64,000 nucleotides of DNA from Candidatus Eiseniibacteriota bacterium (GCA_965224245.1 OZ245046.1:2080001-2144000); one strand, 5' to 3'. Positions 23,692 through 34,135 are shown, counted from the stretch's first letter. Notes: generated from the sequence alone by a model not told the origin. A program made the numbers and translations.

Positions 23692-23721
23692 ATTATGGGG
23701 GACGGCCGCCCCTCGGGTCAA
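23692..23721 (-). promoter_or_regulatory. Putative sigma70 promoter for rplU-rpmA
   Basis: TTGACC-18 nt-CATAAT; the -35 overlaps the rng stop codon. Confidence 0.55.
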
Positions 23722-25310
23722 CCCACGATTTCCTTGGTCACGTCTTTCCCGTTGTGCTGCAAGATGATGCGGACTTCCTCGCGCGACAGCCGCGGATCGT
23801 CGCGGAGATCCAGCTCCAGGTCGAGCTCCTTCTCGAGCTCGGTCAGGCGCTTGCCGTTTCGTTCGAAGACGAAGGTGGCCACCTCGGGGGCGACGCGGAC
23901 CTGGATCTCGCGCTCCTTGTTGGTGGCGGCGAACCGTCGGAGGAACCGCTCGAGCCGCATCGCGACCGTCTCCAGGGAGTAGACGTTGCCGGTTCCCCCG
24001 CAGCACGGGCACTCCTCGCTGTAGTAGTGCAGCAGTGACTGGCGCTCGCGCTGGCGCGTCATCTCGATGAGGCCCAGATCGGAGACCTTGAACGTCTTGG
24101 TGCGGGACCGGTCGTTGCGCAGTCCGTTCCGGAGCGCGTCCTGGACGGCCCGCTTGTTCGCCTCGATCTCCATGTCGATGAAGTCGATGACGATGATCCC
24201 GCCCACGTCTCGCAGGCGGAGCTGGCGCGCGATCTCCCGAGCCGCCTCCAGGTTGGTCCGGAGGATCGTCTCCTCCTGGTCCTTCTTGCCCGTGTAGCGG
24301 CCGGTGTTCACGTCGATCGCGACCATGGCCTCGGACTGGTCGATGACGATGTACCCGCCCCGCTTCAGCCAGACCTTGCGCTCGAAGCTCTTCTCGATCT
24401 CGCCCTCGATGCCGTACTCGTCGAAGATCGGCACCCGCCCCTTGTAGAGGTGCACCCGGCTGACGAGCTCGGGCGAGACCCACTCGAGATAGTCGATGAT
24501 CTCCTTGTGGACGGCCTCGTCGTCGAGGACGACGCGGTCGACCTGATCGGTGAACACGTCCCGGATGAGGCTCCCGGCCAGCGCCATCTCGCGATGGACC
24601 AGCGCGGGCGCCGAGACGCGTGCGGCCTTCTTCTCGACGGTCTCCCAGATCCTCGCCAGGTACGAGATGTCGTTGGCGATGGCCTGGCGATCGCGTCCGC
24701 CGGCGGCCGTGCGCGCGATCAGGCCGACACCGTCGGGCCTGAGCTCCTTCAGGAGCGACCGGAGGCGCGAGCGCTCCTCGCGCTCGTAGATCTTCCGGGA
24801 GACCCCCACGTAGTTGACCCCCGGGACGAGCACCAGGTACCGGCCCGGGAGCGAGAGACGCGCGTTCACCTTCGGGCCCTTCGTGCTGATGGGCTCCTTG
24901 GTGATCTGGACCAGCAGCTCCTGGCCCTTCTGGACGAAGTTCTCGATCCGGAAGTCGGAGTCCCGCGATCGCCGGCGACCCCCGCGACCGCGAGGCGCCG
25001 ACTGGCGCGGCTTCTCCTTCTCCTTCTCCTTCTCGTCGTCGTCGTCCCCCATGTCGAAGTCGCGCATGAAGCCGACCATGTCCGACGCGTGGAGGAAGGC
25101 GGTCTTGGGCAGGCCGATGTCCAGGAACGCCGCCTGAATGCCGGGCAGGACCGCGTTCACGCGGCCCTTGTAGATGTCCCCGACGATGCGGCGGTCCTGA
25201 GGACGCTCGACCAGGAGCTCGGTCAGCGCTCCGTCCTCGAGGATGGCCACGCGCGTCTCGAGCTTCTCGGCGTTGATCACGATTTCGCGGAACATACTCG
25301 GCTTGGTCAC
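23718..25310 (-). CDS. rng: Ribonuclease G/E family (Rne/Rng)
   Basis: GDIYKGRV..VLPGIQAAF S1 domain, KEPISTKGP, AIDVNTG, EIARQLRLRDVGGIIVIDFIDM, CPCCGGTG Zn link. Confidence 0.93.
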   Translation of the reverse strand: MTKPSMFREIVINAEKLETRVAILEDGALTELLVERPQDRRIVGDIYKGRVNAVLPGIQAAFLDIGLPKTAFLHASDMVGFMRDFDMGDDDDEKEKEKEKPRQSAPRGRGGRRRSRDSDFRIENFVQKGQELLVQITKEPISTKGPKVNARLSLPGRYLVLVPGVNYVGVSRKIYEREERSRLRSLLKELRPDGVGLIARTAAGGRDRQAIANDISYLARIWETVEKKAARVSAPALVHREMALAGSLIRDVFTDQVDRVVLDDEAVHKEIIDYLEWVSPELVSRVHLYKGRVPIFDEYGIEGEIEKSFERKVWLKRGGYIVIDQSEAMVAIDVNTGRYTGKKDQEETILRTNLEAAREIARQLRLRDVGGIIVIDFIDMEIEANKRAVQDALRNGLRNDRSRTKTFKVSDLGLIEMTRQRERQSLLHYYSEECPCCGGTGNVYSLETVAMRLERFLRRFAATNKEREIQVRVAPEVATFVFERNGKRLTELEKELDLELDLRDDPRLSREEVRIILQHNGKDVTKEIVG

Positions 25311-25320
25311 GGGAAAGAGG

Positions 25321-25989
25321 TCAGTGGCCGCTCGGGGGTGTCCGAAACGCGGTCGCCGCGCCGAAGACGCGGTGTCCGGCGTCTTCGAGAGCGCGCCGGC
25401 ATTCGGAGATCGTGGCCCCGGTCGTCCAAACGTCGTCGATTAGAACGAGGGGAAGATAGGGTGAACTCGGTCGCACTGCAATTGCGCTCTCGAGATTGAC
25501 GGCGCGTGCCCGCCGCCCGAGGCGCGTCTGCGTGCCCCGCCCCTCCCGCCGCCCGAGGAGCTCGAACACGGCGTGACCGAGCTCGGCCCCCAGGACACGT
25601 GCGAGATCCAGCGACTGGTTGAAGCCTCGCAACCGAAGCCGCGACCGTGACAGCGGCACCGGCACGAGAACGGCCCGCGGCGGCGGGTCCAGGTCGCCCC
25701 ACGCGGCCAGGACCCCGTACGCCATCGTCCCGGCCAGCCCCCGGATGCCCCGGTACTTCCAGCGGTGCACGAGCCGGTGGGCGGTCTCCCCCGCGTACTC
25801 GAACCCCGAAATCCCGCCGTCCGGGTGCTCGACGGTCGGCTCCAAAGCGGCGAGACAGCCCGCGCACACGAACGCGCCGCCGTCCACCCGGGCGCCACAC
25901 GCCTCGCAGAGATCGGGGGCCACGAGCCGACCGAGGGCCGTTCCCGTGATCACCGCCTCACGCCGGAGGGTCCGGAAGATCGAGCGCAC
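25321..25989 (-). CDS. comF: ComF family phosphoribosyltransferase-like protein
   Basis: CEAC..CAGC zinc ribbon, VPVPL, RGFNQS, LIDDVWTTGAT. Confidence 0.85.
   Translation of the reverse strand: MRSIFRTLRREAVITGTALGRLVAPDLCEACGARVDGGAFVCAGCLAALEPTVEHPDGGISGFEYAGETAHRLVHRWKYRGIRGLAGTMAYGVLAAWGDLDPPPRAVLVPVPLSRSRLRLRGFNQSLDLARVLGAELGHAVFELLGRREGRGTQTRLGRRARAVNLESAIAVRPSSPYLPLVLIDDVWTTGATISECRRALEDAGHRVFGAATAFRTPPSGH
25453..25481 (-). promoter_or_regulatory. Putative internal sigma70 promoter for rng inside comF
   Basis: TTGCAG-17 nt-TATCTT in a locally AT-richer patch of comF. Confidence 0.4.
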
Positions 25990-26842
25990 GTTCCATCTCC
26001 GAGACCGGCACCGGGGGACCGAACCAGTACTCGAACGCGGCCGCCCCCTGGTGCACCAGCATCCGCCGGCCGTCTTCGGCGCACAGACCGTGCGCCCGGG
26101 CCAAGCCGACGAACGTGGAGCCGGGGCGACCGTAGTTCAGATCGATCCCGATCACGTGTTCGGGAAGCCTCGACCACGGAAGCTCGGGCAGACGAGTGCC
26201 CTCTCGACCGAGCGGCGTGGCCTGGATCACGAGCGAGGCGCTCTCGAACGCCGGGTCGCAACCCCACACCACCGGGTCCCACGGCAAGAGCCGGCCTCCG
26301 GCGGTCTCGACCCAGGACGCACGAGCCGCGTTCCGCGCACAGACGACGACGTCGCCGGCGAGCCCGCTGCGAGCGAGGGTGGTCAACACCGCACGCGCGG
26401 CGCCGCCCGCGCCGAGGCACACGACCGATCCGCCATCCCACCCCAGCGCCTCGGCCGCCCGCACGAACCCGATCCCGTCGGTGCTGGTGCCCACCAGACG
26501 CCGTCCCTCGACACGGATCGTGTTCACCGAATCCGCCTCGCGGGCGTCGTCCTCCAGCTCGTCGCAGAGATCGGCCGCCTCTCGCTTGAACGGGATCGTG
26601 ACGTTCGCACCGGCCAGCCCGTCGTCCACGAGCGCCCGGAACGTCTCGGCGAACCCGTCGCGGGGAAGCGGCACGGGGAGATACACCGCCGGCAGGTCCC
26701 TCGCCCGGAGCGCGGCGTTCTGCAGCGGCGGCGAGAGCGTCTCCGTGAGGGGATGTCCGACGACCCCGTACCACGCGGTCGCGCCGCCGGGGGCCGGGGA
26801 CCGGTCGGGACGGGAGTCGGGCTCGCCGGGGCCGATCGTCAC
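25958..26842 (-). CDS. aroE: Shikimate dehydrogenase
   Basis: GHPLTETLSP, GANVTIPFK, SVNT, TDGIGF, LGAGGAARA, ATPLG, DGRRMLVHQG. Confidence 0.93.
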   Translation of the reverse strand: MTIGPGEPDSRPDRSPAPGGATAWYGVVGHPLTETLSPPLQNAALRARDLPAVYLPVPLPRDGFAETFRALVDDGLAGANVTIPFKREAADLCDELEDDAREADSVNTIRVEGRRLVGTSTDGIGFVRAAEALGWDGGSVVCLGAGGAARAVLTTLARSGLAGDVVVCARNAARASWVETAGGRLLPWDPVVWGCDPAFESASLVIQATPLGREGTRLPELPWSRLPEHVIGIDLNYGRPGSTFVGLARAHGLCAEDGRRMLVHQGAAAFEYWFGPPVPVSEMERALDLPDPPA

Positions 26843-27630
26843 GCGGCGGCCTCGGCGACACGGCGGTACCGGATGCCGTAGCCGATCAGCCCCACCAGGA
26901 TCACGACCACCGACAGGATCTGGCTGTCGGTGATCCGGAGCCCGGCCACGAGCGTCTCCTGTGACGCCTCGTAGAAGCGGAAGAAGTCGGCGATCAGACG
27001 TGCGACACCCTCACCGATCACGAGCAGCCAGAACACCTCGCCGTCGAACCGGCGGCGCCGCCAGGCGATCGAGAGCAGCCCGAACAGCACGAAGCCGATC
27101 AGCGACTGGTAGAGCTGGCTGGGGTGCAGGTGGTGCGGGTAGCCGAGGGTGGCCGACGCGTAGGAGTCCGCCGGGAACGTGACGCCCCAGGGGACCTCGC
27201 AGCTGCGACCGAAGCAGCATCCGTTCAGGAAGCACCCGATGCGCGTGAAGCCCTGACCCAGGCAGACGAACGGCGCGAGCGTGTCCGTGTACGCCCACGG
27301 TCGATCGGTTCGCCGCCGGAGATAGAAGATCGTGGCCAGCGTCGCGAGGATCAGGCCGCCGTACAGCGTGAGCCCACCCGACCAGAGTCGGAAGATCTCG
27401 AGGGGATCCGAGAGGAACGGGTCGGGATGCTGGAGCGCGAACAGGATGCGCGCCCCCGCGACGCCGGACACCACGATGAGCCAGGCCATGCCCAGGATGA
27501 TCTCGCCGTCGAGTCCGATCGTGCGCGCGCGCTTCGCCGCCCATGGAATGCCCACGAGAAACGAGAGCGCCATGAGCGCGCCGAACGATCGCAACGTCAG
27601 GGGTCCCAGATGGAACAGTGTCGGAAACAC
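26839..27630 (-). CDS. lgt: Prolipoprotein diacylglyceryl transferase
   Basis: GARILF, GGLTLYGG, RIGCFLNGCCFG, HPSQLYQ. Confidence 0.93.
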   Translation of the reverse strand: MFPTLFHLGPLTLRSFGALMALSFLVGIPWAAKRARTIGLDGEIILGMAWLIVVSGVAGARILFALQHPDPFLSDPLEIFRLWSGGLTLYGGLILATLATIFYLRRRTDRPWAYTDTLAPFVCLGQGFTRIGCFLNGCCFGRSCEVPWGVTFPADSYASATLGYPHHLHPSQLYQSLIGFVLFGLLSIAWRRRRFDGEVFWLLVIGEGVARLIADFFRFYEASQETLVAGLRITDSQILSVVVILVGLIGYGIRYRRVAEAAA

Positions 27631-27670
27631 GTGATCTCCTCGGGATCGGCGGTACGCGCGGGTGCGTGGA

Positions 27671-28960
27671 TCAGTAGGCGTGCCGGCGCATCGCGACGCC
27701 CTCGAGGATGCCGGTCAGCGCCATCGTGGCCACGAGGAACGATCCTCCGTAGCTGATGAACGGTAACGGCAACCCCGTCACCGGCGCCAGTCCCATCGTC
27801 ATGAACAGATTCACGAACACGTGGTACGCGAGCAATCCCACCGTGCCCGCGGCCAGGAGGCTCGCGAATCGGTCTCGCGCCAGGAACGCGATGCGCACAC
27901 CTCGGATCAGCACGAGAAGAAACAGCCCCATGACCCCGACGCTGCCCACGAAGCCGAGCTCTTCCCCGACCACCGAGAACACGAAGTCGGTGTGCTGCTG
28001 CGGCAGATAGGCCAGGGCCTTCTGGGTTCCCTTCATGTAGCCCTTGCCGGTCAGCTCGCCCGACCCGATCGCGATCTTCGACTGGATGACCTGATACCCG
28101 GCCCCCGATGGATCCCGCCCCGGGTTCAGGAACGTCAGCACGCGGCTGCGCTGGTAGTCCTCCAGCCGATGCCAGGCATGCGGCGCGGCGAGCCCGACGC
28201 CGACGTGGACCACGAGCGTCAGCGCCACCAGGTGGCGCGCGGTTCCACGCCAGGTGGAGATCATCACCACCACGATCAGAAACGCGGTCCACAGCACCAG
28301 GAGCAGCGCGATCTCGCCAGTGCGGGTCACGGTCCCGGCGCTCTGGGCGGGGTCCAGCGCCACGCCGAACGGGGGCAGTCGAAACGTCATCAGTCCGGTC
28401 ACGCCGAGCGCGGCCAGGTAGACGAGCCACGAGAACGGGGTCCCGGCCCAGAAGAGCGTGGCCACCACCAGCCCCACGAACGCGAGCGCCGTGCCCAGGT
28501 CCGGCTGGTTCAGGATGAGCCCCATCGGCAGGAGCGCCAGCAGGAGAACGCGCAGAATCGTCCCCGGTCGCGTCGGATCCACGCGCTTGCCGGCCAGAAA
28601 GCGCGCGATGACGATCAGCGTCGCGACCTTCGCCATCTCCGACGGCTGAATCCGGAGCGGCCCGAGATAGAGCCACCGCTTCGCGCCGAAGCCGCTCACG
28701 CCGAACACGGCGACCAGGATCAACAGGATGATGCTCGTCGCGTAGAACACGTAGGCCATCGAATCGAGGTATCGATACGGGAGCGACGCAGCGGCCACGA
28801 AGACCCCGATCCCAACACCCAGCGCCAGGAGGTGCCGGATGAACAGAGGATCGCGCGGCGATCCGGACGTCGTGCTGTGGATCACCGCGACGCCGACGAC
28901 CGACAGGAGCAGCACGGCGATCAGGAGCCACCAGTCGGCGTATCGAAGGCGGCGTCTCAT
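27671..28960 (-). CDS. rodA: Rod shape-determining SEDS glycosyltransferase RodA
   Basis: GAKRW, IQPSEMAK, QPDLGT, GYQVIQSKIAIGSG, HTDFVF, PVTGLPLPFISYGGS; follows mrdA. Confidence 0.95.
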   Translation of the reverse strand: MRRRLRYADWWLLIAVLLLSVVGVAVIHSTTSGSPRDPLFIRHLLALGVGIGVFVAAASLPYRYLDSMAYVFYATSIILLILVAVFGVSGFGAKRWLYLGPLRIQPSEMAKVATLIVIARFLAGKRVDPTRPGTILRVLLLALLPMGLILNQPDLGTALAFVGLVVATLFWAGTPFSWLVYLAALGVTGLMTFRLPPFGVALDPAQSAGTVTRTGEIALLLVLWTAFLIVVVMISTWRGTARHLVALTLVVHVGVGLAAPHAWHRLEDYQRSRVLTFLNPGRDPSGAGYQVIQSKIAIGSGELTGKGYMKGTQKALAYLPQQHTDFVFSVVGEELGFVGSVGVMGLFLLVLIRGVRIAFLARDRFASLLAAGTVGLLAYHVFVNLFMTMGLAPVTGLPLPFISYGGSFLVATMALTGILEGVAMRRHAY

Positions 28961-30816
28961 CCGACCGTCCCGTCCACGTCGCCGGCCAGGTGTGCGTCGC
29001 GCCAGTCTCGGTAGCGCTTCCAGAACTCGGCGGCGACCGGTGCGGCCACGGCTCCCCCGTGCCCTCGTCGTTCGAGGATGACCACGAGCGCGACCTCGGG
29101 CTCGTCGGCGGGCGCAAAGGACACGAAGAGTGCATGGTCCTCGCCGTGCGGGTTCTGCGACGTGCCGGTCTTGCCGGCCACCGCGAGGCCGTCGATGCGA
29201 AGCGTGCGCGCGGTGCCGTTGGTGTCGGTGACGACCCGGCGCATCATCCCGCGGACCTGGCCCAGCCAGCCCGCCAGATGCCGCGCGATCTCCGGGGGGG
29301 GCTCCGATCCGGGACGTCCGACCCCGGGCCGCTCCACCAGATGCGGACGCACCAGACGCCCATCGTTGGCGATCGTGGCCACGTGCGACGCGAGCGCGAG
29401 GGGCGTCATCAGGAACTCTCCCTGGCCGATCGCCATGTTCAGTGCGGCCCCTCGGCTCCAGCCCCGCGATCCGTAGCGATCGGTCAGGTACGCCGCGTCG
29501 GGGACGAGCCCGCGTTCCTCGCCCCGGATGTCGATGCCGGTACGCCTGGCCACGCCGAACGCGTTGGCGTAGCGTGCGATCCCATCGACGCCCAGCATGT
29601 CGCCGAGCTGGTAGAAGTAGACGTCGCAGGACTGCGCCAGCGCGCCCGAGAGCGAGAGCGTGCCGTGGCCCGAGCGCTTCCAGCAGCCGAACGAGCGATT
29701 GCCGTAGCGGAACGACCCCCAGCACGGGCTCAGCTCCGTGGACGCACGCACGAGCCCCGAGTCGAGCGCGGCGATCGCGATCAACATCTTGAACGTCGAT
29801 CCCGGCGGGTAGCGGCCCTTCAGGACCCGGTTCAACAGCGGCTTCTCCGCGTCGGTGGAGAGCGCCGTCCAGCTCGCACGCCCCAGACCGGCCGCGAACT
29901 GGTTGGGGTCGAACGTCGGCCTGGAGGCCATCGCGAGGATGGCGCCGGTGTGGACGTCGAGCGCCACGCCCGCCCCGACGATGGGGGCCCCCCGACGCGG
30001 AGCCACCACGGCCACGCTGTCGGTTGCGTCGAGCGCGTTCTCGAGCGCTCGCTGCAGGTCGAGGTCGATCGTCAGTACCAGATCCTCGCCCGGGACCGCC
30101 GGTGTGGGTGTCCTGACGCTCGAGAAGTTCCGGGCGCGGCCGAACGCGTCGACCTCGACGTAGCTGACGCCGTTGCGCCCGTGGAGGGCGCGATCGAACG
30201 CCTCCTCGATCGCCGTCTTGCCCACCTGGTCGTCGGGCTCGTAGCCCTCCTCGGCCCGGTCCCGGTACTCGTCCGGACTGATCTCGCCGACGTATCCCAG
30301 GAGGTGCGCGGCGAGCTTGCCGTGCGGATAGCGGCGAAGCGGCTCCACGCGCAGATCCACCCCCGGCAGCTCGGCCAGCGCCTCCGCGACCCGGGCCACG
30401 GCCTTCTCGGGAATGTTCTGAGCGACGCGAACGGGCAGATAGCTGCGGCGCCGGGCCGAGGCCACGCCGTCGAAGATCTCCGCCGAGTCGCGGTCCACGA
30501 TCGCGGCGACGCGGCCGATCATCTCGGCGAGCCGATCCCCGCCCCGGAGCTCGGGTGCGTGGGGGTTGATCGTGACCACGAAGCTGGCGAAGTTGTCCAC
30601 CAGCACGCGCCCCTGGCGGTCGAGGATGTGGCCGCGGCGCGCTCGGAGGACCTCCTTGCGGAACCGATTGTGGTCGGACATCTCGCGATTGTCCGAGCCC
30701 TCGATGACCTGAAGCTCGAAGAGCCGCCCCGCACCGGTCAGGAAGATCGCGACCAGCGCGACCGAGAGCCCGATCATGCGACGCCGCCGTGCATCCTCGT
30801 TTCCGTACGCTCTCAC
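28957..30816 (-). CDS. mrdA: Penicillin-binding protein 2
   Basis: RGHILDR, AAHLLGYVG, YPPGSTFK (SxxK), SCDVYFY, KTGTSQ. Confidence 0.95.
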   Translation of the reverse strand: MRAYGNEDARRRRMIGLSVALVAIFLTGAGRLFELQVIEGSDNREMSDHNRFRKEVLRARRGHILDRQGRVLVDNFASFVVTINPHAPELRGGDRLAEMIGRVAAIVDRDSAEIFDGVASARRRSYLPVRVAQNIPEKAVARVAEALAELPGVDLRVEPLRRYPHGKLAAHLLGYVGEISPDEYRDRAEEGYEPDDQVGKTAIEEAFDRALHGRNGVSYVEVDAFGRARNFSSVRTPTPAVPGEDLVLTIDLDLQRALENALDATDSVAVVAPRRGAPIVGAGVALDVHTGAILAMASRPTFDPNQFAAGLGRASWTALSTDAEKPLLNRVLKGRYPPGSTFKMLIAIAALDSGLVRASTELSPCWGSFRYGNRSFGCWKRSGHGTLSLSGALAQSCDVYFYQLGDMLGVDGIARYANAFGVARRTGIDIRGEERGLVPDAAYLTDRYGSRGWSRGAALNMAIGQGEFLMTPLALASHVATIANDGRLVRPHLVERPGVGRPGSEPPPEIARHLAGWLGQVRGMMRRVVTDTNGTARTLRIDGLAVAGKTGTSQNPHGEDHALFVSFAPADEPEVALVVILERRGHGGAVAAPVAAEFWKRYRDWRDAHLAGDVDGTVG

Positions 30817-31316
30817 CGCGCCCCCCATCGAACGCGCCGCGGGATGAGGTGCCGTCCCACCAGTGCGAAGATCACCGCCGCCGCCACCAGGGTGTACAGG
30901 ACGTCCGGGACGCGCGCCACGAAGAACTCCGCGAGGCCCACGAGCGGACGTGTCAGGTGACGTGCGGTCGTGACCACGATCGCGTCGGTCAGCCCCGCGG
31001 CCGCCAGCAGGATGACCTGCACCGGGAGGCTCGTCGAGTCGACGTGCTCGGCGGCTCGTCCGAGTAGCCAGGCGGTGATCGACAGCGAGAGGGCGCGGGC
31101 GCCGAGATACTCCGGGGTCGACACGTCCAGAAACAGCCCCGACACGAACCCCGCCCAGACGCCGACGTTCCCGCCGAAGCGCAGCGTGACCACGAACACG
31201 CCCATCAGCGCGAAGTCGGGTCGAACGCCCCGGATCGCGACGGCGTCCGGGAGCTTGTCGTGAATCACCAGCGCGGGCACCAGGATCGCCACGACCCGCC
31301 AGATCACGTCACGCAT
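30813..31316 (-). CDS. mreD: Rod shape-determining protein MreD
   Basis: Hydrophobic, GVRPDF, GFVSGLFLD; between mreC and mrdA. Confidence 0.88.
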   Translation of the reverse strand: MRDVIWRVVAILVPALVIHDKLPDAVAIRGVRPDFALMGVFVVTLRFGGNVGVWAGFVSGLFLDVSTPEYLGARALSLSITAWLLGRAAEHVDSTSLPVQVILLAAAGLTDAIVVTTARHLTRPLVGLAEFFVARVPDVLYTLVAAAVIFALVGRHLIPRRVRWGAR

Positions 31317-31347
31317 GTCGAAGATCCGTTCGGCGTGCGGCCGCGCG

Positions 31348-32184
31348 TCATGGCGTCAACCCCTCCGGCAGCTCGTCCAGCGTCGGCTGTCCCGGCGTCA
31401 GGAACACCTCCTCGAGCCGGGAGAACTCGACGAAGGGGTCCACCCACACCCGGCGGATGAGCTCGTTGTCCGACGGCTCCACGCGCGTGACCGTCCCCAC
31501 CGGGATCCCTTTCGGAAAGATCGTGCCCAGCCCGCTCGTGACGAGCGTGTCGCCGGGCGCGACGTCCTCCTGCGTGGGCACGTGGTCCAGCCGGAGGCGC
31601 CGGCCGCCGGGCCCTTCGGAGCGCACGACGCCGGCGACCCGGCTTCGCCGGGTCAGGACGTGGACGGCGCTCCGCGAGGACGCCAGCGAGCGAACGAGCG
31701 CGAAGCCCAGACCGCGCTCCACCACGTGCCCGACCAGGCCGTCGGGCGTCAGCGCGACCAGCGACCGCGAGGCCAGCGAGTCGGGCAACGAGACCCGGAG
31801 CGTCAGGTAGTTCCAGTCCCGGTTGACGTCCTGACCGCGACCCACGACACGCGCCGCGATGAGCGTGTCCGAACGCTGGGCGCGAAACCCCAGGAGCGCC
31901 GTCAGGCGCTCGTTCTCGGCCGAGGCCTCCACGAGACGTGCGATGTCCTGCTCGGCATCGGCCAGCGCCCGGCGGAGCTCCTCGTTCTCGGCCCGCACCT
32001 CCCACAGGTCCTTCAGGGTCGCGTCGACGGCGCCGGCCGGGTACAAGATGGACGCACGGATCCCACGCACCAGCGACAGCTGAACGGTGTCGCCGAGAGA
32101 GAGGAAGAGAATCGACAAGAACGTCGTCGTGGCGAGAGGGCCCCAGCTCTGCCACCAGTGGGCGGGAATGAACCGCCAGATCAT
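31348..32184 (-). CDS. mreC: Rod shape-determining protein MreC
   Basis: TM plus coiled coil (ENERLTALL), GLVG, GDTLVTSGLGTIFPKGIPVG. Confidence 0.93.
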   Translation of the reverse strand: MIWRFIPAHWWQSWGPLATTTFLSILFLSLGDTVQLSLVRGIRASILYPAGAVDATLKDLWEVRAENEELRRALADAEQDIARLVEASAENERLTALLGFRAQRSDTLIAARVVGRGQDVNRDWNYLTLRVSLPDSLASRSLVALTPDGLVGHVVERGLGFALVRSLASSRSAVHVLTRRSRVAGVVRSEGPGGRRLRLDHVPTQEDVAPGDTLVTSGLGTIFPKGIPVGTVTRVEPSDNELIRRVWVDPFVEFSRLEEVFLTPGQPTLDELPEGLTP

Positions 32185-32272
32185 CGAATGCGTTCCTCGA
32201 CCGAGTGGGACTTCGAGCCGCCCTCGAGCCCGCCCCCGGCGCGACGCGGGGTCGCGGGCCGGGGACGTGCCG

Positions 32273-33304
32273 TCAGCTCATGCTCCTCATGAGGACTTTC
32301 TCGTACTCCTCGAACTTCTCGTGGATTCGACCGGCCCCGAGCACCACGCAGAGCAGGGGATCCTCGGCCACGAGGATGTTGAGGTTGGTGGCTTCCTTGA
32401 GGAGCTGGTCGAGGCCGCGCAGGAGCGCGCCGCCGCCGGTGAGCACGATGCCGCGATCGACGATGTCGGCGGCGAGTTCGGGCGGCGTCCGCTCGAGCGT
32501 CTGCTTGAGTGCCTCGACGATCGAGTCGATGGGCTCCTTCAGCGCTTCGCGCACCTCGACGCTGGAGATCTTGATGCTCTTGGGGATGCCCGTGATCAGA
32601 TCGCGCCCCTTGATCTCCATCTCTTCTTCCGGGTCGATCGGAAACGCCGATCCGATCTTGATCTTGATCTGCTCGGCGGTCTGATCCCCGATCAGGACGT
32701 TGTAGGCGCGCTTGACGTACTGGACCACGGCCTCGTCCGCCTTGTCGCCCGCGACGCGAACGCTGGTCGCGTTCACGATGCCGTTGAGCGTCATGACCGC
32801 GATCTCGCTGGTGCCGCCCCCGATGTCCAGGATCATGTTGCCGCAGGGCTTGCTGACCGGCAGCCCCACGCCGATGGCCGCCGCGATCGGCTCGGGCACG
32901 AGGTACACTTCGCGGGCCCCGGCCTGCTCGGCCGAGTCGCGGACGGCGCGCTTCTCGACCTCGGTGATGCCCGACGGAACCGAGATGATCACGCGCGGCC
33001 GCACCAGGAACCGCGACGTGATGACGCGGGAGATGAAGCGACGCAGGAGCTGCTCGGTGCTCTCGAAGTCGGCGATGACGCCGTCCTTCAACGGGCGAAC
33101 CGCCTCGATCGTGCCGGGCACCTTCCCGACCATCGCCTTGGCGTCCTTGCCCACCGCGACGACCTTGCCGGTACTCTTCTCGACCGCCACCACCGAGGGC
33201 TCGTTCAGCACGAGGCCCTGGCCCTTGACGTAGACGAGCGTGTTGGCAGTGCCCAGGTCGATCGCGATGTTGTTGGTAAACATCGTCTTGAGACGATTGA
33301 ACAC
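32273..33304 (-). CDS. mreB: Actin-like rod shape-determining protein MreB
   Basis: AIDLGTANT, NEPSVVA, PLKDGVIADF, DIGGGTSE, LTGGGALL. GTG start after AAGAGG inferred. Confidence 0.98.
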   Translation of the reverse strand: MFNRLKTMFTNNIAIDLGTANTLVYVKGQGLVLNEPSVVAVEKSTGKVVAVGKDAKAMVGKVPGTIEAVRPLKDGVIADFESTEQLLRRFISRVITSRFLVRPRVIISVPSGITEVEKRAVRDSAEQAGAREVYLVPEPIAAAIGVGLPVSKPCGNMILDIGGGTSEIAVMTLNGIVNATSVRVAGDKADEAVVQYVKRAYNVLIGDQTAEQIKIKIGSAFPIDPEEEMEIKGRDLITGIPKSIKISSVEVREALKEPIDSIVEALKQTLERTPPELAADIVDRGIVLTGGGALLRGLDQLLKEATNLNILVAEDPLLCVVLGAGRIHEKFEEYEKVLMRSMS

Positions 33305-33382
33305 GCTGGCGTTCCTCTTCATGGTGGTCGTCATCGCGGGGTGGGATCCTTTCGGTAGGAAGCGCGGCGACAATCGCCGCGG

Positions 33383-33488
33383 AACGTATCAGCCCCTTCC
33401 GTACAGCCGCAATACCTTTTCAATCGGACCACTCGCGTAACATCCTGAATCCGCTGATCTTGACCGGCCACACCGTCGGTGCTAGCGT
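33383..33488. promoter_or_regulatory. Putative divergent sigma70 promoters (mreB on -, secreted protein on +)
   Basis: Minus: TTGCGG-18-TACGTT (33412-33383). Plus: TTGACC-17-TAGCGT with extended TG (33460-33488). Confidence 0.45.
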
Positions 33489-33636
33489 CCGTCCCCCGAC
33501 GCACCCGACGTCGTGACACGGCGTTCCGGCGATCGCGGCGGGAACCGCCGCGCGAGATCGCGGTTCAGACGGCTATGGACTCCAATCCTCGTCTCAGCGC
33601 CGCGCGGTGCGGCGCGCGAAACGGAAGGGTCGATCG

Positions 33637-34089
33637 ATGAAGCACTTCCTCATCGCCGTGACGGCGATCGCCCTGGCCGTCGGTCTCGCCGCGGGCCCGG
33701 CCTCGGCCCAGGACGAGCTGACCGGCTACACCGGCGTCGTCCGCGTTCAGGGGCAGCTCGACGGCTCACCCGCCGCGACGGTTCGCGCCTACGTCAGCGG
33801 CTTGCTGGTCGCCGAGGCCGAAGCCGGTCCCACGGGGTCGTACACGATCGAGTTCGAGGTCTCGGGCGCGGTCGATCAGACCGTGGTCGTCTGGTTCATC
33901 CCCTCGGACGAGGACAAGGTGCCCGATCTCCTGATCCTGAAGGAGAGCTCGCGGGCCCGACGCAACCAGGTGTGGAACCCGTGTCTGCCGCGCGCCAAGG
34001 CCCAGGACCTCGTGCTGTACGACTGCCAGTTCAAGAGCGAGAAGGACTACTTCGACGCCCTCGAGGGCAACGACTGCTGGAACGAGTAG
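33637..34089 (+). CDS. Small secreted hypothetical protein
   Basis: Signal peptide MKHFLIAVTAIALAVGLAAGPASA; strong GC3 codon bias; SD-like GAAGGG upstream. Confidence 0.8.
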   Translation: MKHFLIAVTAIALAVGLAAGPASAQDELTGYTGVVRVQGQLDGSPAATVRAYVSGLLVAEAEAGPTGSYTIEFEVSGAVDQTVVVWFIPSDEDKVPDLLILKESSRARRNQVWNPCLPRAKAQDLVLYDCQFKSEKDYFDALEGNDCWNE

Positions 34090-34135
34090 TCACGCCCGGG
34101 CCGGCCGCCGCCCGGCCGATCCGACGGGCCGGGAC

